Below are positions 28,693 through 38,925 of a stretch of 64,000 nucleotides of DNA, in pieces (the first letter of the stretch is position 1; every line of letters starts with the position of its first letter). The position numbers were made by a program, and so were the translations under genes. The stretch is from Nitrospirota bacterium (GTDB taxonomy: Bacteria; Nitrospirota; UBA9217): the NCBI GenBank assembly GCA_963796285.1, contig CAWCKW010000013.1:160001-224000 (forward strand). Direction: 5' to 3'. The notes under the pieces are model-generated. The model searched no databases and had not been told where the DNA came from. It was given only the letters and a program-made list of their open reading frames with translations.

Positions 28693-29544
28693 ATGCCGGC
28701 AAAATTGTTAACAGGAAAAGAAGTGGCGCAAAAGATGGACCAGGACATCCAGAAAGAGGTCCAGGAGCTCAAGGCAAAAGGCGTGAATCCTGCACTCAGG
28801 ATCATGATCGTGGGCGGAGCGGAAGATTCGGTCTATTACGCCAACAGCGCCAAGAAGATGGCGGAGAAGAACGGCATTGCCTGCGAAATCGAGCAGCTGG
28901 CAGGCACAATGAGCCAAGACGAGTTCGTGAACATCCTGAAGCAGCGGAACGCGGACAAGACCATTCACGGAATCATTGTGATGCGTCCGTTCCCGAAGCA
29001 GATCAGGGAAGACGTCGTAAAGTACATGCTGTCTCCGGAAAAAGACGTGGACTGCTTCAATCCCGTGAACGCCGGCAAGATCATGGCTGGGGACCTGACC
29101 GGTTTTCCACCCGCCACACCACAGGCCGTGATGGAGATCCTCCGCTTCTATCAGGTCCCGATGAGCGGTAAGGAGGCGGTAGTCATCGGCCGCTCAATGG
29201 TGGTCGGCAAACCCATGTCCATGCTGCTCCTGGGCGAGAACGCGACGGTCACGGTCTGCCACTCCAGGACGCAGGACCTTCCCGGCGTGTGCAAACGTGC
29301 CGACATCCTTGTTGCGGCGATTGGCAAGGCGAAGATGATCACAAAGGACTATATCAAACCAGGCGCCACGGTCATGGATGTTGGCATCAATCCGGAGGGA
29401 GACAAGTTCGTCGGCGATGTGGACACCGAACCCGCAAAGGACATTGCCGGAGCGATCACCCCGGTCCCCGGCGGCGTCGGCACAGTGACAACGCGCGTGC
29501 TGCTTAAACATGTGGTAAAAGCGGCAAAGCTGCAGAATCCTTAA
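28693..29544 (+). CDS. folD: Methylenetetrahydrofolate dehydrogenase (FolD family)
   Basis: PEKDVD, PATP, VIGRSMVVGKP, CHSRT, DVGIN and TPVPGGVG. Confidence 0.95.
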   Translation: MPAKLLTGKEVAQKMDQDIQKEVQELKAKGVNPALRIMIVGGAEDSVYYANSAKKMAEKNGIACEIEQLAGTMSQDEFVNILKQRNADKTIHGIIVMRPFPKQIREDVVKYMLSPEKDVDCFNPVNAGKIMAGDLTGFPPATPQAVMEILRFYQVPMSGKEAVVIGRSMVVGKPMSMLLLGENATVTVCHSRTQDLPGVCKRADILVAAIGKAKMITKDYIKPGATVMDVGINPEGDKFVGDVDTEPAKDIAGAITPVPGGVGTVTTRVLLKHVVKAAKLQNP

Positions 29545-29620
29545 GGATAAATACAACGTTTTATTGAAGATTGCGGAGTTTCCTGAGAAATATCCCGTTC
29601 GAAGTCTGAATAGCCGACCA

Positions 29621-29660
29621 ATGAGAAACGCCCCCGATGCACATCGGGGGCGTTTCTCAT
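29621..29660. terminator. Perfect 19-bp palindrome, probably a bidirectional terminator
   Basis: ATGAGAAACGCCCCCGATG-CA-CATCGGGGGCGTTTCTCAT between convergent genes. Confidence 0.7.
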
Positions 29661-29688
29661 TCCACCACACATCTCCGCAGCACTCAAT

Positions 29689-29721
29689 AAAAAGCCCCGG
29701 AGGATTGCTCCCCCGGGGCTT
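29689..29721 (-). terminator. Rho-independent terminator of the porin gene
   Basis: AAGCCCCGG...CCGGGGCTT stem followed by a U run on the minus strand. Confidence 0.75.
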
Positions 29722-29760
29722 GGCGTTTATTGCCGTATCAGCAAAGATCGTGCTTCTCAG

Positions 29761-31093
29761 TTAGAACTTCATGCTGAGAACACCCTGTGCACCTAATGCA
29801 GCGTCTTTATGATGGCCGCCGCTAGCATCTGAAGTGCCGAGGCCCTTGCCGGGAGCCAGGTAGCCGAGGATCCAGTTCCAGGAAAGATTGTCAGCAAGCT
29901 TCCAATTGATCTTGACATCGACTTCCGTGCCAAGTTCATTGGTGGTCGCTGCGTTAGGGGCAGGATTGTGATACTCCGCAACCTTCTCCGATGCCGCCAG
30001 CCACCACACATCTACGCCAAGGTCCAGAGATGTTGTTGCCGCAAACATTGCGCCTACGTTGAGTGCCGTGGTGCCGCAGAAGCCGGTGTGTAGACCGCAG
30101 GGACCGGCAACTTTATATTCATACAGGAACGTGTAATGCGGATCAGCATCAAGGAAGGTAACCATCTGCTTGATATCTTTATCCCCTATCTTTTTGCCGG
30201 TGCCATAGGCCGCGGCGAAGTTGATCGTAACCGGGTCCATCCCCACATTGCCCTGGACCACGAGCTGCCCGCCTTTGAACTTCGCGTCATTCTCCTTTGC
30301 TTTTCCGGTCTGTATATCAGCCTCAGCCTTCAGACCAACCGGGCCTGCTTTGATGTCAGCATTCAGGCCAATGTTGTAGGCCTGCGTTTCGGCTGTCGGC
30401 GTAAGAGCGGACGCAACACCGCCAAATCCTAATCCGTTCCTCCGGTCATCTGCATACGTGACGTCTACACCAAACTTCATGGTGTCGCTGGCCTTCACCG
30501 TGGCAAAGAGCACATAGGCATCAATATCATCTGACGATGCAGTTAGGCCTTCTGATACCTTCACATCAACCACTCCGACGTGAACCGGGTCGATATCCGT
30601 AAAGGCAACCCATGCGTCAGAGCCGTACTTCATGGAACGGAAAAACCAACCATTGCCGAGCTGCAGGAGCATATGGCCTCCCTTGACATAGATCGGTGTG
30701 CTGGGTATGGGGAAGAGCATCCATGCCTCGCGGACATCAAGCCTTGCATTATCATCTTTACGTACTGGTTACTGTCGTGCTGTCGCCTTGGGGCTGTTCA
30801 AACCTGCCAAAGCTATCCCAATCGTTTTCAATGGTCACTTTACCTTTTACATCGCCGGCCTTCACATTCACATCGAGCCTGACGCGCTCCTGGGTATCCA
30901 ACGTTTTATCACCCACATTCTTATTAAAGTCCAGATTGTCGAAATCACGGCTCCGGATGTCCATGCTGCCGCCGATGGTGATATCCGCCAGGTTGCCTGC
31001 AGCTTTGCCCTCTCCCTCGTGGACCGCGAACGCCGAGGTGCTGAAACACGTCATTGCTGCAACTGCCAGTAACATAACAATCTTCTTCATCAT
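29761..31093 (-). CDS. Outer-membrane beta-barrel porin (alginate export/OmpJ-like), one frameshift near 30760
   Basis: Signal peptide MMKKIV...SAFA; amphipathic strands; LGTEVDV; C-terminal Phe (LSMKF); the pieces join via KDDNARLDVREAWM. Confidence 0.8.
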
Positions 31094-31509
31094 CTATCCT
31101 CCCTTAATATTTATTTTGCTCCAGTCTGAACCGGAACACGAATGGTAACCTCTTGTATATTGCACAAAAAAATGCGGCGTGAAACAGGACCAAATTTTTT
31201 TGAGATCAACCCCCCTTCGTCATTAAACTAAACTGTGGATGTGACCAAGGCAGTAAAGACGTAAGTCTGTATAGTGAACTAATGTTCATTTGAATGTTGT
31301 AGTGTTGCTTTGGTTGAAGTGTCCAGAGAGTCCGTTGCCGGAACAGCCGACATACTGTTCCTCGGAAAAGCTAGTGCAAACTTGATATGTAGGTACTGAT
31401 AGTGGGTATCATAGAATTGAGAGAACCCATTGAATCTGCCACTATTACACAACTGCTACAAACAGTGATAAACCGTACAGTGAGATTACTTTACTCAATT
31501 ATTATGGAA

Positions 31510-31538
31510 AATATAGCAAACTCGGATAATCAAGTCAA
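31510..31538 (-). promoter_or_regulatory. Candidate sigma70 promoter of the porin gene
   Basis: TTGACT-17-TATATT preceded by TG-C. Confidence 0.45.
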
Positions 31539-32148
31539 GCGTTTTCTATCTGTCTCTAAAACGAGAACACCGAAATACGCGTTGCATGATATATTAACTA
31601 TCTGCACAGCCAGCAAAGGTGCGTCATTCCCGCGTCAGGGTAAACCTATCCAGGCTCGACAATATGCAAGCTCTGTCCCTTCCTCGTGTGTTATAAACTG
31701 GTGGAATAAGAATAAAACCTCCAAAAATAAATGTCTGAGATGGGACAAACCTTGAAATGGTAGGAACGTAACGCTTTGATTCTCTTTCCTTTTCTTCCCC
31801 ATGTCCTATTCTTCCAAAACGCTCTACAACATGCAGTGACACCTTGTTCTTTTTCAGGCTGAACAACCTCAGAACCTGCCGGTAATACTGTTTTACACCG
31901 AGGTCCGGCTATCTTAGTTGAGGGCAAGGATGATCGGGGCAGGTTGTCAAGCAGACTGCCCAGTGTATCAACAGATCATGTCGTCGGTGGTTCCGGCCCA
32001 CCCGCAGAGAGCGAGTCAGCTGTCTGATCCCATTGCCACGCTCACGGACGTTTCCCTGCGTCTGTCGGGCGGTCCGCACAAAATACATTGTCGTCCTGCT
32101 ATGAGGAGTTTTTTCACAATCGTAAACCGTCCTGTACATTTCAAACGT

Positions 32149-33627
32149 TTACTGGTTATAGGAATTCATCCCCAGCTTGAGCAACCCCTTCTCGATAAGT
32201 CGTCTTGCAGATTCAGCCACGCGCGGATCAAACTGCCCCCCTGCTTCCCGCTCCAACTCGAGCAATACCCCCTGGATCGAGATCTTGCCGCGGTAGGGCC
32301 GCTCGGAAACCATGGCATCGATCGTGTCCGCAACATTGAGTATCCGCGCCGCAAGCGTGATCGCTTCCCCCGCAAGGCCCTGGGGATAGCCTTTCCCGTC
32401 GAAGCGCTCATGGTGCTGATAGATAGCATTGATGATGGCCGGCGAAAATCCGATCGGCTCAAGGATCCTGATGCCATGTGCCGGGTGGTCCTTCATGATG
32501 TCGAACTCTTCCTGGTTCAGGCCCGCCGGTTTGCTGATTATCAGTTCGCTTATCCCGATCTTACCCATGTCGTGCAAGATAGCAGCGATATGGATCTCTT
32601 CGAGCTGGGACGAGTCCATCTCCATATCGCGAGCGACTGACACTGCGTATTTTGCCACGTTGGCGGAGTGCCAGCGGGTGTAGGGGTCTTTTGCCTCTAC
32701 CGCGGCAACGAGCGCCTGAACCGTTCGAAAGTAGTTTTCGCGCAAGTTTTCATAGAGCGTTGCGTTCTCCATGGCTGTCACCACCTGACTGGACAGGATC
32801 AATGCGATCTGAAGGTCGCTCGTGGAAAACGGCGCCCCCGAGAATTTGCTCACGTTGAGCACGCCGAACAGCTTATTCTTTCCAATGAGAGGGACCGACA
32901 TGGAAGAAGCAGGCATGTTCTCTCGATTAATGGTTGCCATCACTTCCGGGTCAGGGTGTTTTCCGGCCGATATGATCAGCGGTTTCCGACGCTTCAGTAC
33001 CAGTCCGGAGACGCCTTCTCCCTCCTTGCGGCGCGCCTTCAGCGCCACATCCGAGGACAGGCCGTGCGAAGCGCGTATCAACAGTGCTCCGCTGGCCTCA
33101 TCGATCAACATCAACGAGACCCGGTCCACCAAGAAATCCTTCACGAGCACCTCGGTGATGATCTTGAACAAGTGGGCGAGGTCGATCTCGGTCACGAGCA
33201 GTTTGCTGATCTCAAAGAGCGGGATAAGCGCCTTGAGCCTGATATTCTCCTTTTTGAGCCTGCTGCTGTTGATCGCACGGTCAACGGCACCCAGCAGTTC
33301 CTTCTCGGCGAAGGGTTTGAGTATAAAGCCGTCCACACCCCGCATAAGAGACTCTATCGCTGTATCAAGCGTACCGTGCCCGGTAATAAAAATCGTTACT
33401 AAGTCCTGCGTCCGTGCCTTGACCTGCTCAAAGAGCTCTAGGCCGTCAATACCCGGCATCTTGATGTCCGTGATCATCAAATCTATCGCCGAGCGGCCAA
33501 GTTCCTCCAGGGCTGCCATACCGTTCGAGGCCGTGGTCACCTGGTACCCTTCAGCGGACAAAATATGGGAACACAGGTCTCTGATCATAGCCTCGTCATC
33601 AACAACGAGTATTCTTTCATTGGCCAT
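32149..33627 (-). CDS. REC-GAF-HD-GYP response regulator (cyclic-dinucleotide phosphodiesterase)
   Basis: VVDD..TDIKMP..ITGH..LKP; GAF segment SVPL..GVLNV; EAKDPYT.WHS, LHDMGK and HHERFDGKGYP. Confidence 0.92.
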   Translation of the reverse strand: MANERILVVDDEAMIRDLCSHILSAEGYQVTTASNGMAALEELGRSAIDLMITDIKMPGIDGLELFEQVKARTQDLVTIFITGHGTLDTAIESLMRGVDGFILKPFAEKELLGAVDRAINSSRLKKENIRLKALIPLFEISKLLVTEIDLAHLFKIITEVLVKDFLVDRVSLMLIDEASGALLIRASHGLSSDVALKARRKEGEGVSGLVLKRRKPLIISAGKHPDPEVMATINRENMPASSMSVPLIGKNKLFGVLNVSKFSGAPFSTSDLQIALILSSQVVTAMENATLYENLRENYFRTVQALVAAVEAKDPYTRWHSANVAKYAVSVARDMEMDSSQLEEIHIAAILHDMGKIGISELIISKPAGLNQEEFDIMKDHPAHGIRILEPIGFSPAIINAIYQHHERFDGKGYPQGLAGEAITLAARILNVADTIDAMVSERPYRGKISIQGVLLELEREAGGQFDPRVAESARRLIEKGLLKLGMNSYNQ

Positions 33628-33960
33628 GACTGCACCCCCCTTGCAAGCATCTATGATGTCTGTCGAGCTTAAAAAGTCTGAGGATATGAGAAAAACAGGA
33701 CGCTCTCCACCCTTGAGACATTACAAACTCATCAGAGTCGTATGCCGGTAGGGTCACCCGGAACGTAGACCCTGCACCGACTTTACTCTTAACTTCGATC
33801 ATGCTGCCATGATTCTGAACAATCATATAACTGAGAGACAATCTCAACCCATACCATTCACCAATCGGTCGTGAGATAAAAAAATGGCTCGAAAATTTCA
33901 TCCATTTGTTCTTCGGGGAGACCATTACCCGTATCGCTGAATAGAAAACTCCTAGCTAGT
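33617..33960 (-). pseudogene. Remnant of a sensor histidine kinase HATPase domain
   Basis: FSDTGNGLPEEQMDEIFEPF, frameshift, then FISRPIGEWYGLRLSLSYMIVQNHGSMIEVKSKVGAGSTFRVTLP; G2 box degenerate; no H-box or sensor ORF upstream. Confidence 0.75.
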
Positions 33961-34427
33961 ACGGTGTTCGATATTATCTGTCGACAGGAACCTCAGTTAA
34001 CAAATAATTTCGTATCCGTATTACCAAGGGGTGTTTCGCAATTGTGATTATAGATCATCAAGTAGAGCATTGCGTTACCGGAAAGTAAACCTTCACTAGT
34101 CGTAAAGGGAGGTGAGATTTTTTGCAGAGTGCGGTCGTGCATGCTATGATACTATCTTCTATAGTGAAAGCCGCAAGCTCTTTGGCCACATTTGACATTC
34201 TATTTCTAAACTCCTTATTAATTCCTGAGTCCCTTCCAAGAAAACGAAAGTCCCTGCATGCGCGGCAACAAACGAGAAGACCATTGTGTTGAAAAGGATC
34301 CTGAGCGATTTCACCATACCATCAGAAAACGAATTGACTCAACAGCGCCTGAGCCGCAGAAATCATACCATCACCATCCTCAATGCTTGCAAGCAATAGT
34401 AGCATAAATGCGCTTTTGTGTAAATGC

Positions 34428-34464
34428 AAAAAAAAAGGCAAGGGGTTTTTACCCTTGCCTTTTT
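34428..34464. terminator. Rho-independent terminator ending the alpha operon
   Basis: A9-GGCAAGGG..CCCTTGCC-T5. Confidence 0.85.
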
Positions 34465-34559
34465 GCTCTGTTTGATTGTCGTATCCATAGCGACTTATCA
34501 CTGCCAGAAGGACACGATATGCAAACTCCCCGTATCTATTCCTGCCATGAGGTGACAGT

Positions 34560-34967
34560 TTATTGAGCTGTTTTCTTTCCCGTTGCCTTCGCTTCCTTGG
34601 CTTCTTGCTTCTGCCGTTCTACCAGTTCGATAACAGCCATGGGTGCAGCATCGCCAGGCCTTGTGCGAGTCATCACAATCCTCGTGTACCCGCCGTTCCG
34701 GGAGACAAAACGCGGTGCAATCTGTGCGAACAATCCGCTCACCACCGTCTCGTCGTGAATGAAGCTAAGCGCCTGACGCCGAGCGTGCAGATCTCCACGC
34801 TTGCCAAGCGTGATCATTTTTTCCGCCAGCGGTCGTATTTCCTTGGCTTTCGCGACCGTCGTCTCGATCTTTTCGTTCTTAAGCAGTGCGGTAACGAGCA
34901 TCCTGAGAAGTGCCTTCCGGTGACTCGTATCTCTCCCAAATTGTCTGCCTGCGCATCCGTGTCTCAT
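34560..34967 (-). CDS. rplQ: 50S ribosomal protein L17
   Basis: [22 protein letters not shown] and RNGGYTRI. Confidence 0.97.
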   Translation of the reverse strand: MRHGCAGRQFGRDTSHRKALLRMLVTALLKNEKIETTVAKAKEIRPLAEKMITLGKRGDLHARRQALSFIHDETVVSGLFAQIAPRFVSRNGGYTRIVMTRTRPGDAAPMAVIELVERQKQEAKEAKATGKKTAQ

Positions 34968-34994
34968 ATCACTATCCTTGCCACATAGATTTTT

Positions 34995-36017
34995 TTACGC
35001 TTCGCTCGGTTTTTCCGCGAGTAGCCGTCTGGCTTCTGCCACAATTTTATCATCCACCTTCAGTCCGAGGCTAAGCCCCATCTCGGAAAGAATCTCTTTT
35101 ATTTCATTGAGCGATTTTCTGCCAAAATTTTTAGTCTTGAGCATCTCGCTCTCGGTCTTCTGCACCATCTCAGCGATGGTCTCTATCCCTGCATTCTTCA
35201 GGCAGTTCGCCGCCCGCACCGACAATTCCAGCTCGTTCACACTACGAAGAAGGTTTTCATTGAACGATGGAACTTTTTTGATCTCCTCTTCCATCGTTAG
35301 TGACTCTTCTTCTTCCTCGGGCAGGTGAATAAAGATGGATAAATGGTCTTTAAGCAGCTTCGACGCATGGGCAATGGCGTCATCAGGCCTGATACTGCCA
35401 TCAGTCCATACCTCAAGCACAAGCTTGTCGTAGTCCGTTTCCTGTCCGACGCGGGCGTTTTCCACCTTGAAATTCACCTTGCGAATCGGAGAGAAAATGG
35501 AATCAATAGGGATGACACCAATCGACTGTCCCGGTTCCTTATTTTTATCCGAGGAGACATACCCCCTGCCGCGGCGAGCTCTCATTTCGAGCTCGAGTTT
35601 TCCATTCTTATCGATCGTTGCCAGATGAAGGTCCGGATTCAATATCTCCACCTCGGCGTCTGCCACAATGTCCTTGGCCGTAACCTCTCCCGGGCCTTTC
35701 GCCTTCAATGAAAGCGTCTTAGGCTTGTCAGTGTGGAGTTTAAGCCTGATCTCCTTGAGGTTGAGAATCAGGTCCGTCGTGTCCTCGACGACCCCCGGTA
35801 TACTTGAAAACTCATGCTGCACGCCGGATATTTTTAACGATGTGATCGCCGATCCTTCAAGCGATGAAAGAAGAACACGGCGCAAAGAATTGCCCAGCGT
35901 TGTCCCAAAACCACGCTCTAGCGGCTCTGCCGTGAACTTCCCGTATGTATCAGTTATTTTTTTAGAATCATACTGAAGTTTTTTCGGCATCTGGAAATCT
36001 TTTGCTTTTTTGAGCAT
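34995..36017 (-). CDS. rpoA: RNA polymerase alpha subunit
   Basis: [32 protein letters not shown] and NFGRKSL; ATG at 36017 after GGAGG. Confidence 0.98.
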   Translation of the reverse strand: MLKKAKDFQMPKKLQYDSKKITDTYGKFTAEPLERGFGTTLGNSLRRVLLSSLEGSAITSLKISGVQHEFSSIPGVVEDTTDLILNLKEIRLKLHTDKPKTLSLKAKGPGEVTAKDIVADAEVEILNPDLHLATIDKNGKLELEMRARRGRGYVSSDKNKEPGQSIGVIPIDSIFSPIRKVNFKVENARVGQETDYDKLVLEVWTDGSIRPDDAIAHASKLLKDHLSIFIHLPEEEEESLTMEEEIKKVPSFNENLLRSVNELELSVRAANCLKNAGIETIAEMVQKTESEMLKTKNFGRKSLNEIKEILSEMGLSLGLKVDDKIVAEARRLLAEKPSEA

Positions 36018-36134
36018 TGTTCCTCCATAACGGAGTGAAAAAACTGGCCATAGGACTGAATAAATATAGTGCACGCCTTGGAAACATGGCGATGCCTAGT
36101 TGTCCTCAGAATATTTTCACCTTCGGGATTAACC

Positions 36135-36764
36135 TTACTTCGAATAGAGCTCGACTACAAGCTGTTCTTTTACCGTAGGCATCGTCGATTCATCTCTGGC
36201 AGGCAGTGCCAGTACTTTCCCCTTAAACGAAACCTTGTCGATCTCAAGCCAGGTTGGGAAACCCCGTTTCTCAAGCGCTGTGAGGGTCTGCTGAATCTGA
36301 GCAATACTCCGGCTCTTTTCGCGCAACTCCACCACATCTCCAGCTTTGAGCAAGTAGGAAGGTATATTCACTTTCTTCCCATTCACGAGCATATGGCCGT
36401 GCCGCACAAGCTGCCGTGCTTCCTTCTTGGAGCCGGCAAAACCCATTCTTTGAACAACGTTATCAAACCGTCTCTCAAGAAGCTGCAGTAGGTTGTCGCC
36501 CGTAACGCCCTTCATTCGCTCAGCCTTCTCAAAATAACCGCGAAACTGACGTTCCAGCACACCGTAGACGCGCCGAATTTTCTGTTTTTCCCTGAGCTGT
36601 ATGCAATATTCAGACTGTTTGATTCTCGCCTGACCATGCTGTCCTGGCGGATAGCTTCTTCTGGTGATTCCGCATTTATCCGTATAGCAACGCTCGGCTT
36701 TCAGAAAGAGCTTTGTCCCCTCTCTCCTGCAAAGTTTACAGACTGATCCTATATACCGTGCCAC
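36135..36764 (-). CDS. rpsD: 30S ribosomal protein S4 (zinc-ribbon type)
   Basis: [17 protein letters not shown] and VVELYSK. Confidence 0.98.
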   Translation of the reverse strand: MARYIGSVCKLCRREGTKLFLKAERCYTDKCGITRRSYPPGQHGQARIKQSEYCIQLREKQKIRRVYGVLERQFRGYFEKAERMKGVTGDNLLQLLERRFDNVVQRMGFAGSKKEARQLVRHGHMLVNGKKVNIPSYLLKAGDVVELREKSRSIAQIQQTLTALEKRGFPTWLEIDKVSFKGKVLALPARDESTMPTVKEQLVVELYSK

Positions 36765-36792
36765 GTGATTCCTCCTGTGTTAACCTGTAAAT

Positions 36793-37167
36793 CTAAACCC
36801 GTCTCCGTTTCGGCGGCCTGCACCCGTTATGCGGGATCGGCGTTACATCCTTGATCGCCACGATCTCGAGCCCTGCGGCCTGGATCGCCCTAATTGCTGA
36901 TTCCCTGCCCGTGCCCGGACCCTTGACGTATACCTCAACCTGCCGCATGCCGTGTTCCATTGCCTTTTTGGCAGCCGTCTCTGCAGCCAGCTGTGAGGCA
37001 AAGGGAGTGCTCTTTCTCGAACCCTTAAATCCTTTGCTGCCAGAGCTTGACCAGGTGATTACATTCCCGGTGGCATCGGTAATCGTAACAATCGTGTTGT
37101 TAAAGGACGCGTGGATATGGGCTACACCATTTGCCACATTCTTTTTTTCTTTACCCTTCTTTGCCAT
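36793..37167 (-). CDS. rpsK: 30S ribosomal protein S11
   Basis: [15 protein letters not shown] and [13 protein letters not shown]. Confidence 0.98.
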   Translation of the reverse strand: MAKKGKEKKNVANGVAHIHASFNNTIVTITDATGNVITWSSSGSKGFKGSRKSTPFASQLAAETAAKKAMEHGMRQVEVYVKGPGTGRESAIRAIQAAGLEIVAIKDVTPIPHNGCRPPKRRRV

Positions 37168-37237
37168 CTGCTCTCCAGTGCGTGTGATATCGCCTCTGGC
37201 ATGAATTTTCTCCACGCCCGAGCAACGCTTGTTCCAT

Positions 37238-37630
37238 TTACTTCTTTAACATCCCCTTCTTCTTTCCCTTGCCTGACATCGCTGATTTCTTAGGTCCTTT
37301 TCGCGTCCGGGCATTGGTCTTTGTTCGCTGACCTCTGGCCGGCAAACCCCTGCGGTGTCTCAGTCCGCGATAGCTGCCGATGTCCATCAACCGTTTAATG
37401 TGCATCGTCACATCTCTTCGGAGATCCCCCTCCACCGTGTAGTCCCGATCGAGAATGGTCCGGATCTTCACAATATCCGATTCCGTGAGATTATTACTCT
37501 TGGTATTCGGATCGATGCCCGCCTCGGCTAGGATTTTTTTTGCAGACGTCGGTCCTATTCCGAAAATATAGGTAAGCGAGATCCCAACTTTTTTATCTTT
37601 AGGTAAATCTACACCGGCAATTCGTGCCAC
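37238..37630 (-). CDS. rpsM: 30S ribosomal protein S13
   Basis: [10 protein letters not shown] and [14 protein letters not shown]. Confidence 0.98.
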   Translation of the reverse strand: MARIAGVDLPKDKKVGISLTYIFGIGPTSAKKILAEAGIDPNTKSNNLTESDIVKIRTILDRDYTVEGDLRRDVTMHIKRLMDIGSYRGLRHRRGLPARGQRTKTNARTRKGPKKSAMSGKGKKKGMLKK

Positions 37631-37760
37631 AGTTCCTCCTCAAACGACGATACGCCTTTATGACGGAAAATGTACTACCGCTTCACTAAGACGAGAAGTC
37701 ATGTGCCTTAGTCTTTTCGTCCCTCGTCCATAATCTCACTATTAACGATTGTACGGTCTT

Positions 37761-37874
37761 CTATCCCTGCCGTTGCTTATGGCGTGCGTTTTCACAGATA
37801 ACGCGTACAATGCCCTTGCGGCGGATGACCGAACACTTGGGACAAATTTTACGAACTGATGAGCGAACTTTCAT
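37761..37874 (-). CDS. rpmJ: 50S ribosomal protein L36 (zinc-binding type)
   Basis: Manual translation [37 protein letters not shown]. Confidence 0.97.
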   Translation of the reverse strand: MKVRSSVRKICPKCSVIRRKGIVRVICENARHKQRQG

Positions 37875-37934
37875 GTCCTTTTACTTCCATTCTTTTGAAG
37901 TGATATTCGTACCAACACAAAACTTATCGAGTTT

Positions 37935-38153
37935 CTATTTGAACCGGTAGGTGATCCTACCTCTGGTCAGATCATAGGGAGTAAGTTCCACTGTCACCTT
38001 GTCGCCGGGAAGTATTTTTATAAAGTGCATCCGCATCTTACCCGATATGTGTGCCAGTATTTTATGACCATTCTCCATTTCCACCCGGAACATAGCATTA
38101 GGGAGTGTTTCCAGCACCGTGCCTTGTACCTCTATGGAATCTTCTTTTGCCAT
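37935..38153 (-). CDS. infA: Translation initiation factor IF-1
   Basis: [14 protein letters not shown] and PYDLTRGRI. Confidence 0.98.
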   Translation of the reverse strand: MAKEDSIEVQGTVLETLPNAMFRVEMENGHKILAHISGKMRMHFIKILPGDKVTVELTPYDLTRGRITYRFK

Positions 38154-38160
38154 ATCCTCA

Positions 38161-38910
38161 CTATTTCTTTGTCAGTATCCATGGCCCGTCAGGCATTACC
38201 GCTATCGTGTGTTCAAAATGCGCTGAAAGACTTCCATCAGCGGTAACGGCCGTCCAATTATCTTCCCGAGTGACCGTCGCGCTTCCACCGATATTTACCA
38301 TCGGCTCGATTGCCAGCACCATCCCCGGTTTCAACCGCGGGCCCTGTCCTGAGGCTCCGAAATTCGGTAGTTGGGGATCCTCATGCAGGCTTCTACCAAT
38401 TCCGTGTCCGACAAATTCCCTGACGACTGAGTATCCGTTCGATTCCACATAATCCTGAACAGCATGCGAAATATCATACAGCCGGTTACCTGCCTGCGCC
38501 TGAGCTATGCCACGAAGGAGTGATTCTTCCGTAACCCTCATCAGCCGTTCAGCCTCCGGTTTTATCGTACCCACCGGCAGGGTTATTGCCGCATCGCCGT
38601 AGAACCCGTCCACGATCGTTCCCACATCGACACTGACAATATCACCCTGTTTAAGAACAGCATCCTTTGATGGAATGCCGTGAATAACCTCATTGTTCAC
38701 TGAAGTACAAAGCGTCTTTGGGTAACCCCGATAGCCCTTGAATGCGGGCTTCGCGCCTGCGGCAATTATGAACCGCTCAGCAAATTCATCCAGCTCTTGA
38801 GTAGTGATTCCCGGCCGGACTATTCCGCGAATGCTTTCCAGGACATCCGCGACGATCAAACAGGCTTTCCGTATCTTTTCGATCTCCTGAAGGGACTTGA
38901 GAATGATCAT
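38161..38910 (-). CDS. map: Methionine aminopeptidase type I
   Basis: [23 protein letters not shown] and SAHFEHT. Confidence 0.97.
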   Translation of the reverse strand: MIILKSLQEIEKIRKACLIVADVLESIRGIVRPGITTQELDEFAERFIIAAGAKPAFKGYRGYPKTLCTSVNNEVIHGIPSKDAVLKQGDIVSVDVGTIVDGFYGDAAITLPVGTIKPEAERLMRVTEESLLRGIAQAQAGNRLYDISHAVQDYVESNGYSVVREFVGHGIGRSLHEDPQLPNFGASGQGPRLKPGMVLAIEPMVNIGGSATVTREDNWTAVTADGSLSAHFEHTIAVMPDGPWILTKK

Positions 38911-38925
38911 GACACTTCCCCGATG

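Noticed and set aside
31950-32030. ZTP (pfl) riboswitch resemblance on the minus strand (GAC..GGTGG/CCACC..CTGGGCA)
   Set aside because: Core GACUGRCG and CGCCUGGGC elements are incomplete, and no folate or purine gene lies downstream.
31918-33751. Long plus-strand ORFs (240, 244 and 309 aa)
   Set aside because: Antisense shadows of the HD-GYP gene with no motifs.
31100-34420. c-di-GMP/cGAMP (GEMM) riboswitch near the HD-GYP and porin genes
   Set aside because: No GEMM-I core with a GNRA stem and GACGCAAA was seen by eye on either strand.
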